Assembly (NCBI RefSeq): GCF_052425735.1
Contig: NC_135769.1
Coordinates: forward strand, 16,988,001-17,052,000
Origin: Oculina patagonica
Taxonomy: Eukaryota
DNA length: 64,000 nucleotides
Reading direction: 5' to 3'
Part shown: in pieces, positions 11,225 to 23,692 of the stretch
Layout of the letters: every line of letters starts with the position of its first letter
Position numbering within the stretch: the stretch's first letter is position 1
Program-made: the position numbers and the translations under genes
The notes under the pieces: model-generated
The model's database searches: none
What the model was told of the DNA's origin: nothing
What the model saw: the letters and a program-made list of their open reading frames with translations, nothing else

Positions 11225-11718
11225 CATGACCACTATAAACACCATTTATTTATTTATTTATTTATTTCTAAAATTTCTACATAATCCGGATGAATGTCAT
11301 GGTCTGTTGTTTCCGCGTGAAATCTTATTGCGCTTTCGTTATTAGATCTTGTGCCAGGCTTGTGCTCTGCGCCGCGCGAATTCCACGATCTTTTGCTCTC
11401 TCCCACATAGGCAAAATCACATGTTTTAGAAAGAAATGTCAACAATAGGAAACAACGCCTATTCCTAGAAGCGCTACATTCTATCCAGGACATTAACTGT
11501 GTGAATGAGCATGTGCAATTCCCACAAGTTTATTTAACATTGGGAACATCCCTAGAGACCGGCGGTGTATAAAAACTTATTATGCAAAAACTGAACCAAT
11601 TTTAACTCTGATGAAGGTAACAGAGAGTTACCGAAAATTCAGTTTTATACGTTTTTTACCAACCGATTTTAAGATCAGATACAAACCAAATTTTTATTAT
11701 GTCAAACACTGATCGCCT
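11225..11718 (+). mobile_element. Penelope-like element fragment replacing part of the spacer
   Basis: Absent from paralogous spacers (compare ~40710-41160). Contains (TTTA)n and a minimal hammerhead. Confidence 0.55.
11604..11644 (+). ncRNA. Minimal type I hammerhead ribozyme motif
   Basis: AACT-CTGATGA-A-GGTAAC-agaga-GTTACC-GAA-AATT-C-AGTT. Stem I is AACT/AGTT, stem II is GGTAAC/GTTACC, stem III is the palindrome AATT. Predicted cleavage after C11640. Confidence 0.75.
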
Positions 11719-12634
11719 TAATAACAAGTGTTTCTAAATTTCATTACACAACAGAATTTTCGACCAAGCTTGAAAACATGCAAAAGAGGGCTTTTCTTCC
11801 TGAACAAAAACTGCTTCGAAAACAATAACTACAAATAGTATTTTACCTTGCTTTCTATATCTATAAAAAAGCATTTTTGATTACTTTGGCGCCCTGTCGA
11901 GTTATTATTGGATTTTTTTCATTTTCACAAGACAAAAGGCCTTTTATAAAAAGTTTTACTCCTGCAAAAGTTCGTCGCCACGATTTGTACAATTTATTGC
12001 TCATGGAACGTAACGTGACAATACTTTTACACTTCCTAGGGTCATCACTGATTAATAGATGTGTTTTCAATCAGTATAGCACTGACGCTGGGCATCCGGA
12101 TGGCCTTTTGGTAACTTTCATCTTTTCTCTGTTCTAGAATTGTTGCATTGAGTAAATAGATGCTGGTCTGCTGCCGGCTGTAGCTTGCATCCCTGTGGTG
12201 TTTGCAATTTTTTCTCAAATCTATGTAATGCTTACTACGAACTCGCTTCTAAAGGCGTTCCCACAGCTTTCAGTTCTTTTTCTGCAAAAACGGTTGCTTA
12301 CATAACATAACATAAAACTTTACAGACATGTTTCTGTGTTATTATTGAGTTGCTGGCTTGCATTAGCCTTTAAAGTTGCTAAAGCACCTAAAGCTTTTTC
12401 ACTTTTTATATTTTCCTGAAGACAAGTTGAGCAATAAGTCCCAGCTTCTCCTGTTACTTCTTTACACTCTGTAAATGTTGTGAATGTTGCCGTTTCTTTT
12501 TTCCCTACTTCTGCTGCAGTGCCACAAATTGTCAAAGATTTTCTTTTGGATTTCACCACGTTGAGTGACGTTTCCGTCGTGGTAATTCCTGCTGAGGAAA
12601 ATGAGAATGGTGTTGGTGCTGCTCTATTACGTGC

Positions 12635-13585
12635 TTATTCCTCAGATCCATTGCTTGGTTGCCCTGTTGCAGGCCCCACATGCACAACACCTGCCTGTCC
12701 TCCGGCTGTTTGCTTTTTCTTGCACAACAACATGTCACGGAGATGTTCACGGAAACGTTTCATACGCATGCTGTACAACACCGGATTAATACAAGCGTTG
12801 AAGGTTACCGATAATGTACCACTTTTATCGTACCACGAACCCATAACCACTCCACCCCAGGATTTTAAGACGTAAACTGTCAAGTTTGGAATCCAGGAGA
12901 CTGCGTATATTACGCTGACTGTAATCAGCGTTGTGGTAACTTGCTTGCGATACCGAAGCGCAGCCTTCTGGGAAGCTTCTAAATTCTCGGCTGGCTTGAA
13001 CCACAAGTGATGCACTACTCTGGTATACAGGTATACCATGATGCCTACAGGAATTATGCCTGCTAGAATAATCCAAACCATACTGTCTACTTTGGCCTCC
13101 ACGTCGCCAAATTTACCTTCCTTTCCGCAAAAACGTAAGCCAGGTTGATAATACCCCGTGCTCATAAAGTCAGGAACATTTATCAAAAAAGCAAAACTCC
13201 ATCCAAGAACAATGAAGACTTTCAGACGTCGCCTTGTAAATCTACCGCGCTGGCGAAGCGGATGAATAATGGCAAAGTAGCGTTCAACAGCGATGTAGAC
13301 CAAGCACAGAATGGATACAGCACCACCAACCCACGCTATAGTTCCGTCTGTGAAAAATTTGCACAAATATAGGCCTGTCTGTCCTTGGGGGTGGGCAATG
13401 GACGGCATTATAATATACTGTATACTTATGGACGAGGTGAACATCATGTCGGCGACAGCTAAGTTGACCAGTAGATAATTGAGCGTAGTCTGCATGGGCT
13501 TGTTGAGAAGGACAGTTAAAACTACCAGCGTGTTGCCGACCAGGGATATAAGTACAAGGGTTGATAACGCCACGATGAATAACAT
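12635..13585 (-). CDS. Class A GPCR copy 3 (type B); 316 aa to TAA, frame stays open to 12320
   Basis: Full 7TM, ERY, NPVLY. 104 further open codons ending TETCL*. Confidence 0.9.
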   Translation of the reverse strand: MLFIVALSTLVLISLVGNTLVVLTVLLNKPMQTTLNYLLVNLAVADMMFTSSISIQYIIMPSIAHPQGQTGLYLCKFFTDGTIAWVGGAVSILCLVYIAVERYFAIIHPLRQRGRFTRRRLKVFIVLGWSFAFLINVPDFMSTGYYQPGLRFCGKEGKFGDVEAKVDSMVWIILAGIIPVGIMVYLYTRVVHHLWFKPAENLEASQKAALRYRKQVTTTLITVSVIYAVSWIPNLTVYVLKSWGGVVMGSWYDKSGTLSVTFNACINPVLYSMRMKRFREHLRDMLLCKKKQTAGGQAGVVHVGPATGQPSNGSEE

Positions 13586-14648
13586 CTTAACAAGTATTCA
13601 AAGTCACTTTGATCTAAAAGTGAAAACACAAAATGAGAAATTTGCTTCTCTCACTAAATAAAATCAGTGCAGATATTGCATGCACCTACATATCTAAACC
13701 ACCTTGAACGAGGAACTGAGTGACGAGCGAATAACGTCGAATACGAACAAATAAAAACGAGTCCTGGAATATAGCGTCAGCCCGAGCGTATCGACCTACC
13801 AAACTTTCTCTAATGTTTATGTTATAGGTAGTCTAAGTACATTACTGTGTTCTGATTTTATATAATTCGCGAAAGAGAACCTGTAATACTTCCCTCCAAC
13901 CACACCAATACCATCTATTAGCAAATAAGAGAGAGTTTGTAGAAAAAAACCTTTGCAAATACCCATTAAGCTGGATCAGCGTCATGAAACGTATCATATT
14001 TTTCAATCTAAAAGTACAGTTGCATCCAAAAGTAAGAACGAGGATCTCCTCCTTTTTGAAAATTTTGCGGTGAAGCCTACTTACGATTTCACGAATGGCG
14101 GCAAATGTTACGGTACACCATCGAAAACCTTTTCGCCTCGTAATGACCAAAGTGTATAGATTGTATTCATTAAAAGGACTACAATTGACTCTAACCTCCA
14201 AACAAAACTAAACAAAAAAGGCACAAAACAAATGAAGAAATGATGAGGTTTTTTATTGCTCAGCAGTCCTTATTTATCTTTCTTTATAACGCTGAATAAA
14301 CATCTGTTATTATATTTAAATGATTTTTTTATTTTCTTGTGCTTGGCTACACGATCAGTTGACACAATTTGTAGCCGAACTGTTCATGATCAGTTACCTT
14401 TTTGTAAAACAAGCTTTTCTGGATTACGTTTAACAAACAGCGAAAATTTGGACCAAGCTTGAAAACATACTGTATAGATGAGAACTTTTTTCCCGAACAA
14501 GAAACACTCAACAATCTATTCATACAAATACTATTATCATTGTTTTGAATTTCCGTAACCATTAACACTGTTTAAATAATTTTGACGTCTTACTGAGGTT
14601 TTATTCGATTTTTCATTTCTCAAATCAATAGGCCTTCATAAGAAGTTA

Positions 14649-15422
14649 CTAGTAATACGTGACTCGCAGGGCCTCGCGAAGCTCTGGGTTGGGGAGGGGG
14701 GGAGGGTTATAAATAAGGAGTGGATTATTTGAAGTTGAACATTAATTGAATTGTACATATTCAATTTTCCACAGTAGGCAGGAAGATATATTTGTTAGAA
14801 ATTTTATTTCAACTGGCATGGCGGCGACACCCTCGTTCTCAGGGTCTACTCCGCTTTAAAGATGGTGGCTTTTTCTGGTTCGTAAAGAGGTATAAAGCGT
14901 TGGGAAGCGCAGGCTATTTTCAAAATCATCGACAAATTATTGGATATTCGCATTTTGGACATTTATTTGATGGCACAAAAAAAAAAGAACGAACGGCAGG
15001 AGGATTCGAAGCCTCCGCCCGCGCGCCCCTGATGGCGATGAAAGGTTTATAGCCTGAATAGGCGTTGAGGGAGTATTATGTGGAAATCAATGTTATTTTA
15101 ATCCGAAAAGAAAAACGATAAAAATGAAAGGCTCAGGATTCGAACCCACAAAAAAAAGGAAAAAAAAAAGAAAAAAAAAACCCTAGCCGGATTCGAACCC
15201 CCGACCTCAGGTCCGAAGATCTGATTTCAAGTTCGACGCCTTACCATTAGGCCACCTGCGCGCGGCGGCCGTGTGACGTCATTTCCGCCACACACCAAGC
15301 TCACAAATATAGAAATATATATGACCGTAAACTCCACACGAGATTTCATCCCGCCTGATCCCTTTGAGGGACAAAATTATACACCCCGCTACGCTCGGCC
15401 TTCGGCCTCGCTTCGCGAGGAA
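14649..15422 (-). mobile_element. Non-autonomous Helitron/Helitron2-type rolling-circle element
   Basis: Inserted at A|T with no TSD (empty site gaagtta|taaacatg at ~22271). Minus strand reads TTCCTCGCGAAGC...CTAG. Asymmetric inverted repeat CCTCGCGAAGC. GGCCGAAGGCC hairpin. Confidence 0.75.
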
Positions 15423-16815
15423 TAAACATGCAAACTGTTATTATACACAGGAAGCGAATGCACAAGACCCTTGCCAAGGTTTTAACAATTCATTTCCTCC
15501 CAAGAGGGAAAACACTCAAGTAACGTGGCCATAATAGTATTTTACATCCCTCAGGTTCAAGACTAGTTCTAAGCATTGATAACTAAGCATAACTAAGCAT
15601 AAGAATGAACGTTTAAAGATGTACGTTATATAGAGGCGTGTTTTCAATTTGTGAAGATCTTTACTATTGCATTGGCTTGGATGGCTTTTTCGTAACTTTG
15701 ATATTTTCTTTTTTGTAAAATTATTGCATGGAGATGCTGTTAATAAAACACTGTATTGACTTTCGCCTGTCAGGATTCCACAAATCTGTCATTTTAATTT
15801 ACCTTGAAAGTGCAAATTTAATTTATCGGCGGCTAGGGTCTCTTTGGTGGTCTGTATGGGCCTGTATGTCAATCTGTTATCATAAGACTGAACTGACATC
15901 TTGACAGCAATATTGTATTCTCCACCGTTAACAGGAATGAGCTTTTCTTTTTCATTAGGTAACGTTTTCTTCTTGCCTAAGCATAACCACACGCAAAAGC
16001 ATAACTAGTAAGCATATCCTTAAGCATAAGCCCATTTAAAGAAGGAGCAGGCACATTCATTTCACTTGCGCTGTCTTCACTAGGAATATGCATAAGGAAA
16101 GGAAGAAGAATTTCTCTTTTGCTTATGCTTATGCCCCTTGAGAAAAGTATAAAAGAATGAGGGCGTTCGCTCTTTTTATGCGCTTATGCTTATTCTTGTG
16201 TTTGTGCTTATACCCAATTAAGCTAGCCTTTAAAGTAAATATACAAGAGTCTTGCATTTTGCAAAATTTCAATTTCCCTTATCATGGCTGACAAAGAAGA
16301 GGCTGATTGACTCTTTTTTTTCCATCTTACTGGTGAAGATTCACTTCACTGTGGTTATTATGCCATGCCGAAGTCTACGCCCGGCAATTTGGCTAGTTCG
16401 CTATGGCAGAAAGAGTTGTCCATATGGTTGTTTAAAAATGAACGGTCTTATTGGAATAAAGCTAAAATTTATAGACAAAAGTCACAATACATCGGCAGTT
16501 TCGAAGGCTCATATTTCTTGCGAACATCGCGATAGCCTAGCTTTCGGTACACATACCAGATAAAGAATCTCTTAAAGTGACCACTTGTAATCGACAACAA
16601 TGCATGGGATCATTTCATCAATCTGTGTTCTTTAACAGTGGTACCAAGTGCCTTAAATGTCCTTTAACAGCATTGTTCAAAAGGGCATCAATAAAACTGA
16701 GACAGTTATTTACCCGATTTAAGGCGCACTCAATACTGCGCGGCAACAACTTCGCTGCAAACCGTTCAAAAGGACAATTCCTACAACTTCCATCTTTTTT
16801 TTTAAGGTTGATTAC

Positions 16816-18069
16816 TTACAGACATGTTTCTGTGTTATTATGAAGTTGTTCGATAGTTGTTAATATACCTAAAGCGTCCCCAGTTCTCATATATTCCTGC
16901 AGACAAGTTGCGCAATCAGTCCCTGCGTCTCCCGTTACTTTATTACTTTTTGTAATTGCTGTACACGTGGCCGTTTCTATATTCCCCGTGTCTGCTGCAG
17001 CAACAGACAATGGCAAAACGTTTCTTCTAGAAGTTGCTTCGTTCAATATGATTTCTGTCGTGACCATCTCTTCTTTAAATGCAGATGAAAATGAGAATGG
17101 TTTTGGTGCTGCTGTGATACACACCGATTCCTCAGTTCCATTAATTGGTTGCCCTTTTGTGGGCCCCACATCCACAACAGCTGCCTGTCCTCTGACTGTT
17201 TGCCTTTTCTTGCACAACAACATATCGCGAAGATGTTCACGGAAGCTTTTTAACCGCATGCTGTACAACACCGGATTAACACAAGAGTTAAAGGTGAGCA
17301 ATAATGTACCACTCTTGTCGAACCACGAACCAACAACATCTCCACCCCAGGACACCACGACGTAAGCTGTCAAGTTTGGAATCCAAGAAGCTGCATAGAT
17401 CACGCTGACTGCAATCAGCGTTATGGTAACTTGCTTTCGATACCGATGCGAAGCCCTCTGGGAAGCATCTAAATTCTCGACTGTATTGAACCACAGGTGA
17501 TGCACAACTCTGGAGTACAGGAACACCATGATGCACACAGGAACTATGCCTGCTAGAACCATCCAAACCAGGCTGTGCACTTTGTCTACGGCGCCAAGGT
17601 TGCCGCAACTTTTGCACAAACCTAAGTTAGGTTGATAATATCTGGTCATAAAGGTAGGTATATTAATCAATAAAGCAAATGTCCATGCAAGGGCGATGAA
17701 GACCTTCAGACGTCGCCTTGTAAATCTACCGCGCTGGCGAAGCGGGTGAATAATGGCAAAGTAGCGTTCAATGGCGATGTAGACCAAGCACAAACTGGAC
17801 ACAGCACCACCAACCCACGCTATGGCTCCGTCTGTGACAAATTTACACAGGTATTGACCAGTCTGTCCTTCGGGGTGGACAATGAATTGCATCATAATGT
17901 ACTGAATACCTATGGACAAGGCGAACATCATGTCGGCGACAGCCAAATTGACCAGTAGATAATTGAGTGTAGTCTGCATGGGATTTCTGAAAAGAACAGT
18001 TAAAACGACCAACATGTTGCCGACCAGGGATATAAGTACAAGGATTGATAACACCACGATAAATATCAT
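16816..18069 (-). CDS. Class A GPCR copy 4 (type A, full tail, 417 aa)
   Basis: Intact 7TM ORF ending NNTETCL. Confidence 0.92.
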   Translation of the reverse strand: MIFIVVLSILVLISLVGNMLVVLTVLFRNPMQTTLNYLLVNLAVADMMFALSIGIQYIMMQFIVHPEGQTGQYLCKFVTDGAIAWVGGAVSSLCLVYIAIERYFAIIHPLRQRGRFTRRRLKVFIALAWTFALLINIPTFMTRYYQPNLGLCKSCGNLGAVDKVHSLVWMVLAGIVPVCIMVFLYSRVVHHLWFNTVENLDASQRASHRYRKQVTITLIAVSVIYAASWIPNLTAYVVVSWGGDVVGSWFDKSGTLLLTFNSCVNPVLYSMRLKSFREHLRDMLLCKKRQTVRGQAAVVDVGPTKGQPINGTEESVCITAAPKPFSFSSAFKEEMVTTEIILNEATSRRNVLPLSVAAADTGNIETATCTAITKSNKVTGDAGTDCATCLQEYMRTGDALGILTTIEQLHNNTETCL

Positions 18070-18259
18070 GATAACACGAAAGCAGATCCACTTTGATCTA
18101 AAAGTGAAAACACATTATTACAAATCAATGATAGCTTTTCTCACTAAAAGCGATCAGTGCAGATATTGCAATTCAACACGTACCTACACATCTGAGCCAA
18201 GTACATCGATTTTTCACCATAATAATAACATATCTGACAGGCGATTATGAAATTTTAAT

Positions 18260-18545
18260 AGCACTATGTGGAGCCATACTGCTGGAGCTTTTACTGGTTT
18301 CTTAAGCATTAAGCGACTAGAAGAAATGTTTCTACTCCCTCCTGGATGGGATGCAAGTCCATCGCAGGGTTATCCCTAGCATTAAACCGCCATACCTATT
18401 TAAACACCTGGGTGTAGAGAGGCACTATAAAGGTAACACGTCTTGCCCAAGAAACGACACATGCAATGATCCCGGCCAGGGCACGAACCCGGACCTCTCA
18501 AACCGGAGTCCATCCTACTAACCATTGAGTCACAGCGTCTTCCAT
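18260..18545 (-). mobile_element. tRNA-derived SINE
   Basis: Minus-strand head with A box (TGACTCAATGG) and B box (GGTTCGTGCCC), followed by the conserved body. Confidence 0.8.
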
Positions 18546-19907
18546 ATCTTGTATATATTAGGTGGTCCTTATTTCAAATACATAACTGTGTTCTGGTGTG
18601 ACATTCCCGTTAAGCCCGCGAATATTACAAAAAAATTCGGAAAGAGAACCTGTTTTAAATAACTCCCTCCAGCTGATGAATACCATCTATTGCCAAGTAA
18701 GAGAAGAGGATATTCAAATCAGTGCTTCTTTTACCTACCTTAACGCAAGGCTGCAAAGAGCCGATACTGTTGCTTTCAACGTTATAATAGGTACAATTTT
18801 TCCAACCGAAAATTACAATTACATCCGAAATAAACAACGAGGGTCTTTTCTTTTGGAACTGTCTAAATAATGTAAAAAGAAAATTAAAAATTTTGCGGTC
18901 GAACCTACTTACGATTTCACGAATGACGACAAATGGTACAGCACGGCTTGAAAAGCACTGTGTTGGAAGAAGAAATGCTTCTGTGATGCAAAGCTTTGGT
19001 TTGAAATTACTGATTCCAAAGCCTTTTCGCCTCTTTATGTACAGAAACATTAATTTGAATTCATTATTTTCTTCCTTTAAGTACTGTTTTTAGAAGGACT
19101 GCAATTGACTCAAGCTCCAAACAAAGCTAAACAAAAAAAGGAGAAAACAAATGAAGAAATCATGAGAGTCGATATTGCTCAGCGGTCCTTATTTATCTTT
19201 TGGTATAATGCTAAACATTTCTTTTCTTTCATTTTTAATTAATTTTTCTTACCTGAGTATTTGTCTTCACGATCAGTAGGCAAAATTCGTAGGCACAGTT
19301 CATGAAGATTTTGTATTTGCATTACATTTTCGACCAAGCTTGAAAACATGCAAAAGAGGGTTTTCTTCTTCAACAAAAATTGCTTCGAAAACTATTAGTA
19401 CAAATAGTAGTTTACATGGTTTTTTATATCTATAAGAATAAGCATTTTTCATTACTTTGGCGCCCTGCCGAGTTATTATTGGATTTTTCATTTTCGTAAG
19501 ACAAAAGGCCTTTTATAAAAAGTTCTACACCTCCAAAAGACCCTTGACACGGTTTGTACAATCTATTTCCTATTAACAGAAAAAGTGCTCATGGAACGTA
19601 ACGTGACAATACTTTTACACTTCCTAGGGTCATCACTGATTAATAGATGTGCTTTCAATCAGTATAGCACTGACACTGGGCATCCGGATGGCCTTTTGGT
19701 AACTTTCATCTTTTCTCTGTTGTAAAATTGTTGCATTGAGTAAATAGATGCTGGTCTGCTGCCGGCTGTAGCTTGCATCCCTGTGGTGTTTGCAATTTTT
19801 TCTCAAATCTATGTAATGCTTACTACGAACTCGCTTCTAAAGGCGTTCCCACAGCCTTCAGTTCTTTTTTTGCAAAAACGTTTGCTTACATAACATAACA
19901 TAAAACT

Positions 19908-21173
19908 TTACAGACATGTTTCTGTGTTATTATTGAGTTGCTGGCTTGCATTAGCCTTTAAAGTTGCTAAAGCACCTAAAGCTTTTTCACTTTTTATATT
20001 TTCCTGAAGACAAGTTGAGCAATAAGTCCCAGCTTCTCCTGTTACTTCTTTACACTCTGTAAATGTTGTGAATGTTGCCGTTTCTTTTTTCCCTACTTCT
20101 GCTGCAGTGCAACAAATTGTCAAAGATTTTCTTTTGGATTTCACCACGTTGAGTGACGTTTCCGTCGTGGTAATTCCTGCTGAGGAAAATGAGAATGGTG
20201 TTGGTGCTGCTCTATTACGTGCTTATTCCTCAGATCCATTGCTTGGTTTCCCTGTTGCAGGCCCCACATGCACAACAGCTGCCTGTCCTCTGACTGTTTG
20301 CTTTTTCTTGCACAACAACATGTCACGGAGATGTTCACGGAAACGTTTCATCCGCATGCTGTACAACACCGGATTGATACAAGCGTTAAAGGTTACCGAT
20401 AATGTACCACTTTTATCGTACCACGAACCCATAACTACTCCACCCCAGGATTTTAAGACGTAAACTGTCAAGTTTGGAATCCAGGAGACTGCGTATATTA
20501 CGCTGACTGTAATCAGCGTTGTGGTAACTTGCTTGCGATACCGAAGCGCAGCCTTCTAGGAAGCTTTTAAATTCTCGGCTGGCTTGAACCACAAGTGATG
20601 CACTACTCTGGTATACAGGTATACCATGATGCCTACAGGGATTATGCCTGCTAGAATAATCCAAACCATACTGTCTACTTTGGCCTCCACGTCGCCAAAT
20701 TTACCTTCCTTTCCGCACAAACGTAAGTCAGGTTGATAATACCCCGTGCTCATAAAGTCAGGAACATTTATCAAAAAAGCAAAACTCCATCCAAGAACAA
20801 TGAAGACTTTTAGACGTCGCCTTGTAAATCTACCGCGCTTGCGAAGCGGATGAATAATGGCAAAGTAGCGTTCAACAGCGATGTAGACCAAGCACAGAAT
20901 GGATACAGCACCACCAACCCACGCTATAGTTCCGTCTGTGAAAAATTTGCACAAATATAGGCCTGTCTGTCCTTGGGGGTGGGCAATGGACGGCATTATA
21001 ATATACTGTATACTTATGGACGAGGCGAACATCATGTCGGCGACAGCTAAGTTGACCAGTAGATAATTGAGCGTAGTCTGCATCGGCTTGTTGAGAAGGA
21101 CAGTTAAGACTACCAGCGTGTTGCCGACCAGGGATATAAGTACAAGGGTTGATAACGCCACGATGAATAACAT
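19908..21173 (-). pseudogene. GPCR copy 5 (type B) with nonsense mutation in ICL3
   Basis: CAG>TAG at 20556-20558. Otherwise colinear with copy 3, including the TAA at 20223. Confidence 0.88.
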
Positions 21174-23692
21174 CTTAACAAGTATTCAAAGTCACTTTGA
21201 TCTAAAAGTGAAAACACAAAATGAGAAATTTGCTTCTCTCACTAAATAAAATCAGTGCAGATATTGCATGCACCTACATATCTAAACCACCTTGAACGAG
21301 GAACTGAGTGACGAGCGAATAACGTCGAATACGAACAAATAAAAACGAGTCCTGGAATATAGCGTCAGCCCGAGCGTATCGACCTACCAAACTTTCTCTA
21401 ATGTTTATGTTATAGGTAGTCTAAGTACATTCCTGTGTTCTGATTTTATATAATTCGCGAAGGAGAACCTGTAATACTTCCCTCCAACCACACCAATACC
21501 ATCTATTAGCAAATAAGAGAGAGTTTGTAGAAAAAACCTTTGCAAATACCCATTAAGCTGGATCAGCGTCATGAAACGTATCATATTTTTCAACCGAAAA
21601 GTACAGTTGCATCCAAAAGTAAGAACGAGGATCTCCTACTTTTTGAAAATTTTGCGGTAAAGCCTACTTACGATTTCACGAATGGCAGCAAATGTTACGG
21701 TACACCCTGAAGAAGAATTCACGGTATCGAAAACCTTTTCGCCTCGTAATGACCAAAGTGTATAGATTGTATTCATTATATTTTCATTATAAAAGCTGAC
21801 TGTTTTTTAAAAGGACTACAATTGACTCAACCTCCAAACAAAACTAAACAAAAAAGGCAGAAAACAAATGAAGAAATGATGAGGTTTTTTATTGCTCAGC
21901 AGTCCTTGTTTATCTTTCTTTATAACGCTGAATAAACATCTGTTATTATATTTAAATGATTTTTTATTTCCTTGTGCTTGGCTACACGATCAGTTAGCAC
22001 AATTTGTAGCCGAACTGTTCATGATCAGTTACCTTTTTGTAAAACAAGCTTTTCTGGATTACGTTTAACAAACAGCGAAAATTTGGACCAAGCTTGAAAA
22101 CATACAGATGAGAACTTTTTTTCCCGAACAAGAAACACTCAACAATCTATTCATACAAATACTATTATCATTGTTTTGTATTTCCGTAACCATTAACACT
22201 GTTTAAATAATTTTGACGTCTTACTGAGGTTTTTAGATTTTTTATTTCTGAAATCAATAGGCCTTCATAAGAAGTTATAAACATGCAAACTGTTATTATA
22301 CACAGGAAGCGAATGCACAAGACCCTTGCCAAGGTTTTAACAATTCATTTCCTCCCAAGAGGGAAAACACTCAAGTAACGTGGCCATAATAGTATTTTAC
22401 ATCCCTCAGGTTCAAGACTAGTTCTAAGCATTGATAACTAAGCATAACTAAGCATAAGAATGAACGTTTAAAGATGTACGTTATATAGAGGCGTGTTTTC
22501 AATTTGTGAAGATCTTTACTATTGCATTGGCTTGGATGGCTTTTTCGTAACTTTGATATTTTCTTTTTTGTAAAATTATTGCATGGAGATGCTGTTAATA
22601 AAACACTGTATTGACTTTCGCCTGTCAGGATTCCACAAATCTGTCATTTTAATTTACCTTGAAAGCGCAAATTTAATTTATCGGCGGCTAGGGTCTCTTT
22701 GGTGGTCTGTATACGCCTGTATGTCAATCTGTTATCATAAGACTGAACTGACATCTTGACAGCAATATTGTATTCTCCACCGTTGTGGAGAATACAATAT
22801 TGTTTCTTTTTCATTAGGTAACGTTTTCTTCTTGCCTAAGCATAACCACACGCAAAAGCATAACTAGTAAGCATAACCTTAAGCATAAGCCCATTTGAAG
22901 AAGGAGCCGGCACATTCATTCCACTTGCGCTGTCTTCACTAGGAATATGCATAAGGAAAGGAAGAAGAATTTCTCTTTTGCTTATGCTTATGCCCCTTGA
23001 GAAAAGTATAAAAGAATGAGGGCGTTCTTTCTTTTTACGCGCTTATGCTTATTCTTGTGTTTGTGCTTATACCCAATTAAGCTAGCCTTTAAAGTAAATA
23101 TACAAGAGTCTTGCATTTTGCAAAATTTTATGTTATTTCAATTTCCCTTATAGTGGCTGACAAAGGAGAGGACGATTGACTCTTTTTTTCCATCTTACTG
23201 GTGAAGATTCACTTCATTGTGGTTATTATGCCATGCCGAAGTCTACGCCCGGCAATTTGGCTAGTTCGCTATGGCAGAAAGAGTTGTCCATATGGTTGTT
23301 TAAGAATGAACGATCTTATTGGAATAAAGCTGAAATTTATAGACAAAAGTCACAATACATCGGCAGTTTTCGAAGGCTCATATTTCTTGCGAACATCGCG
23401 ATAGCCTAGCTTTCGGTACACATACCAGATAAAGAATCTCTTAAAGTGACCACTCAAACCTTGTAATCGACAACAATGCATGCGATCATTTCATCAATCT
23501 CTGTTCTTTAACAGTGGTACCAAGTGCCTTAAATGTCCTTTAACAGCATTGTTCAAAAGGGCATCAATAAAACTGAGACAGTTATTTACCCGATTTAAGG
23601 CGCACTCAATACTGCGCGGCAACAACTTCGCTGCAAACCGTTCAAAAGGACAATTCCTACAACTTCCATCTTTTTTTTTTAAGGTTGATTAC

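Noticed and set aside
12635-12637. Selenocysteine or alternative genetic code explaining the in-frame stops
   Set aside because: The stops are TAA rather than TGA, and TAA is also the normal terminator of the full-length copies.
12480-12875. Recurrent plus-strand ORFs antisense to GPCR tails (131-197 aa)
   Set aside because: Shadow frames of the GPCR coding strand. Recurrence follows from duplication, and most use non-ATG starts.
15182-15256. Functional tRNA genes (also 26242-26306 and the SINE heads)
   Set aside because: A/B boxes are present but there is no convincing cloverleaf or acceptor stem, and all lie inside mobile elements.
16816-18069. Assigning a named receptor (QRFPR, TACR, NPFFR, galanin receptor)
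   Set aside because: Only generic peptide-receptor-like motifs are visible, so orthology cannot be supported without a phylogeny.
18598-19093. Spacer ORFs (119-131 aa) recurring upstream of type A genes
   Set aside because: Lengths and frames vary between copies and no domain is recognisable, so they are treated as duplicated non-coding DNA.
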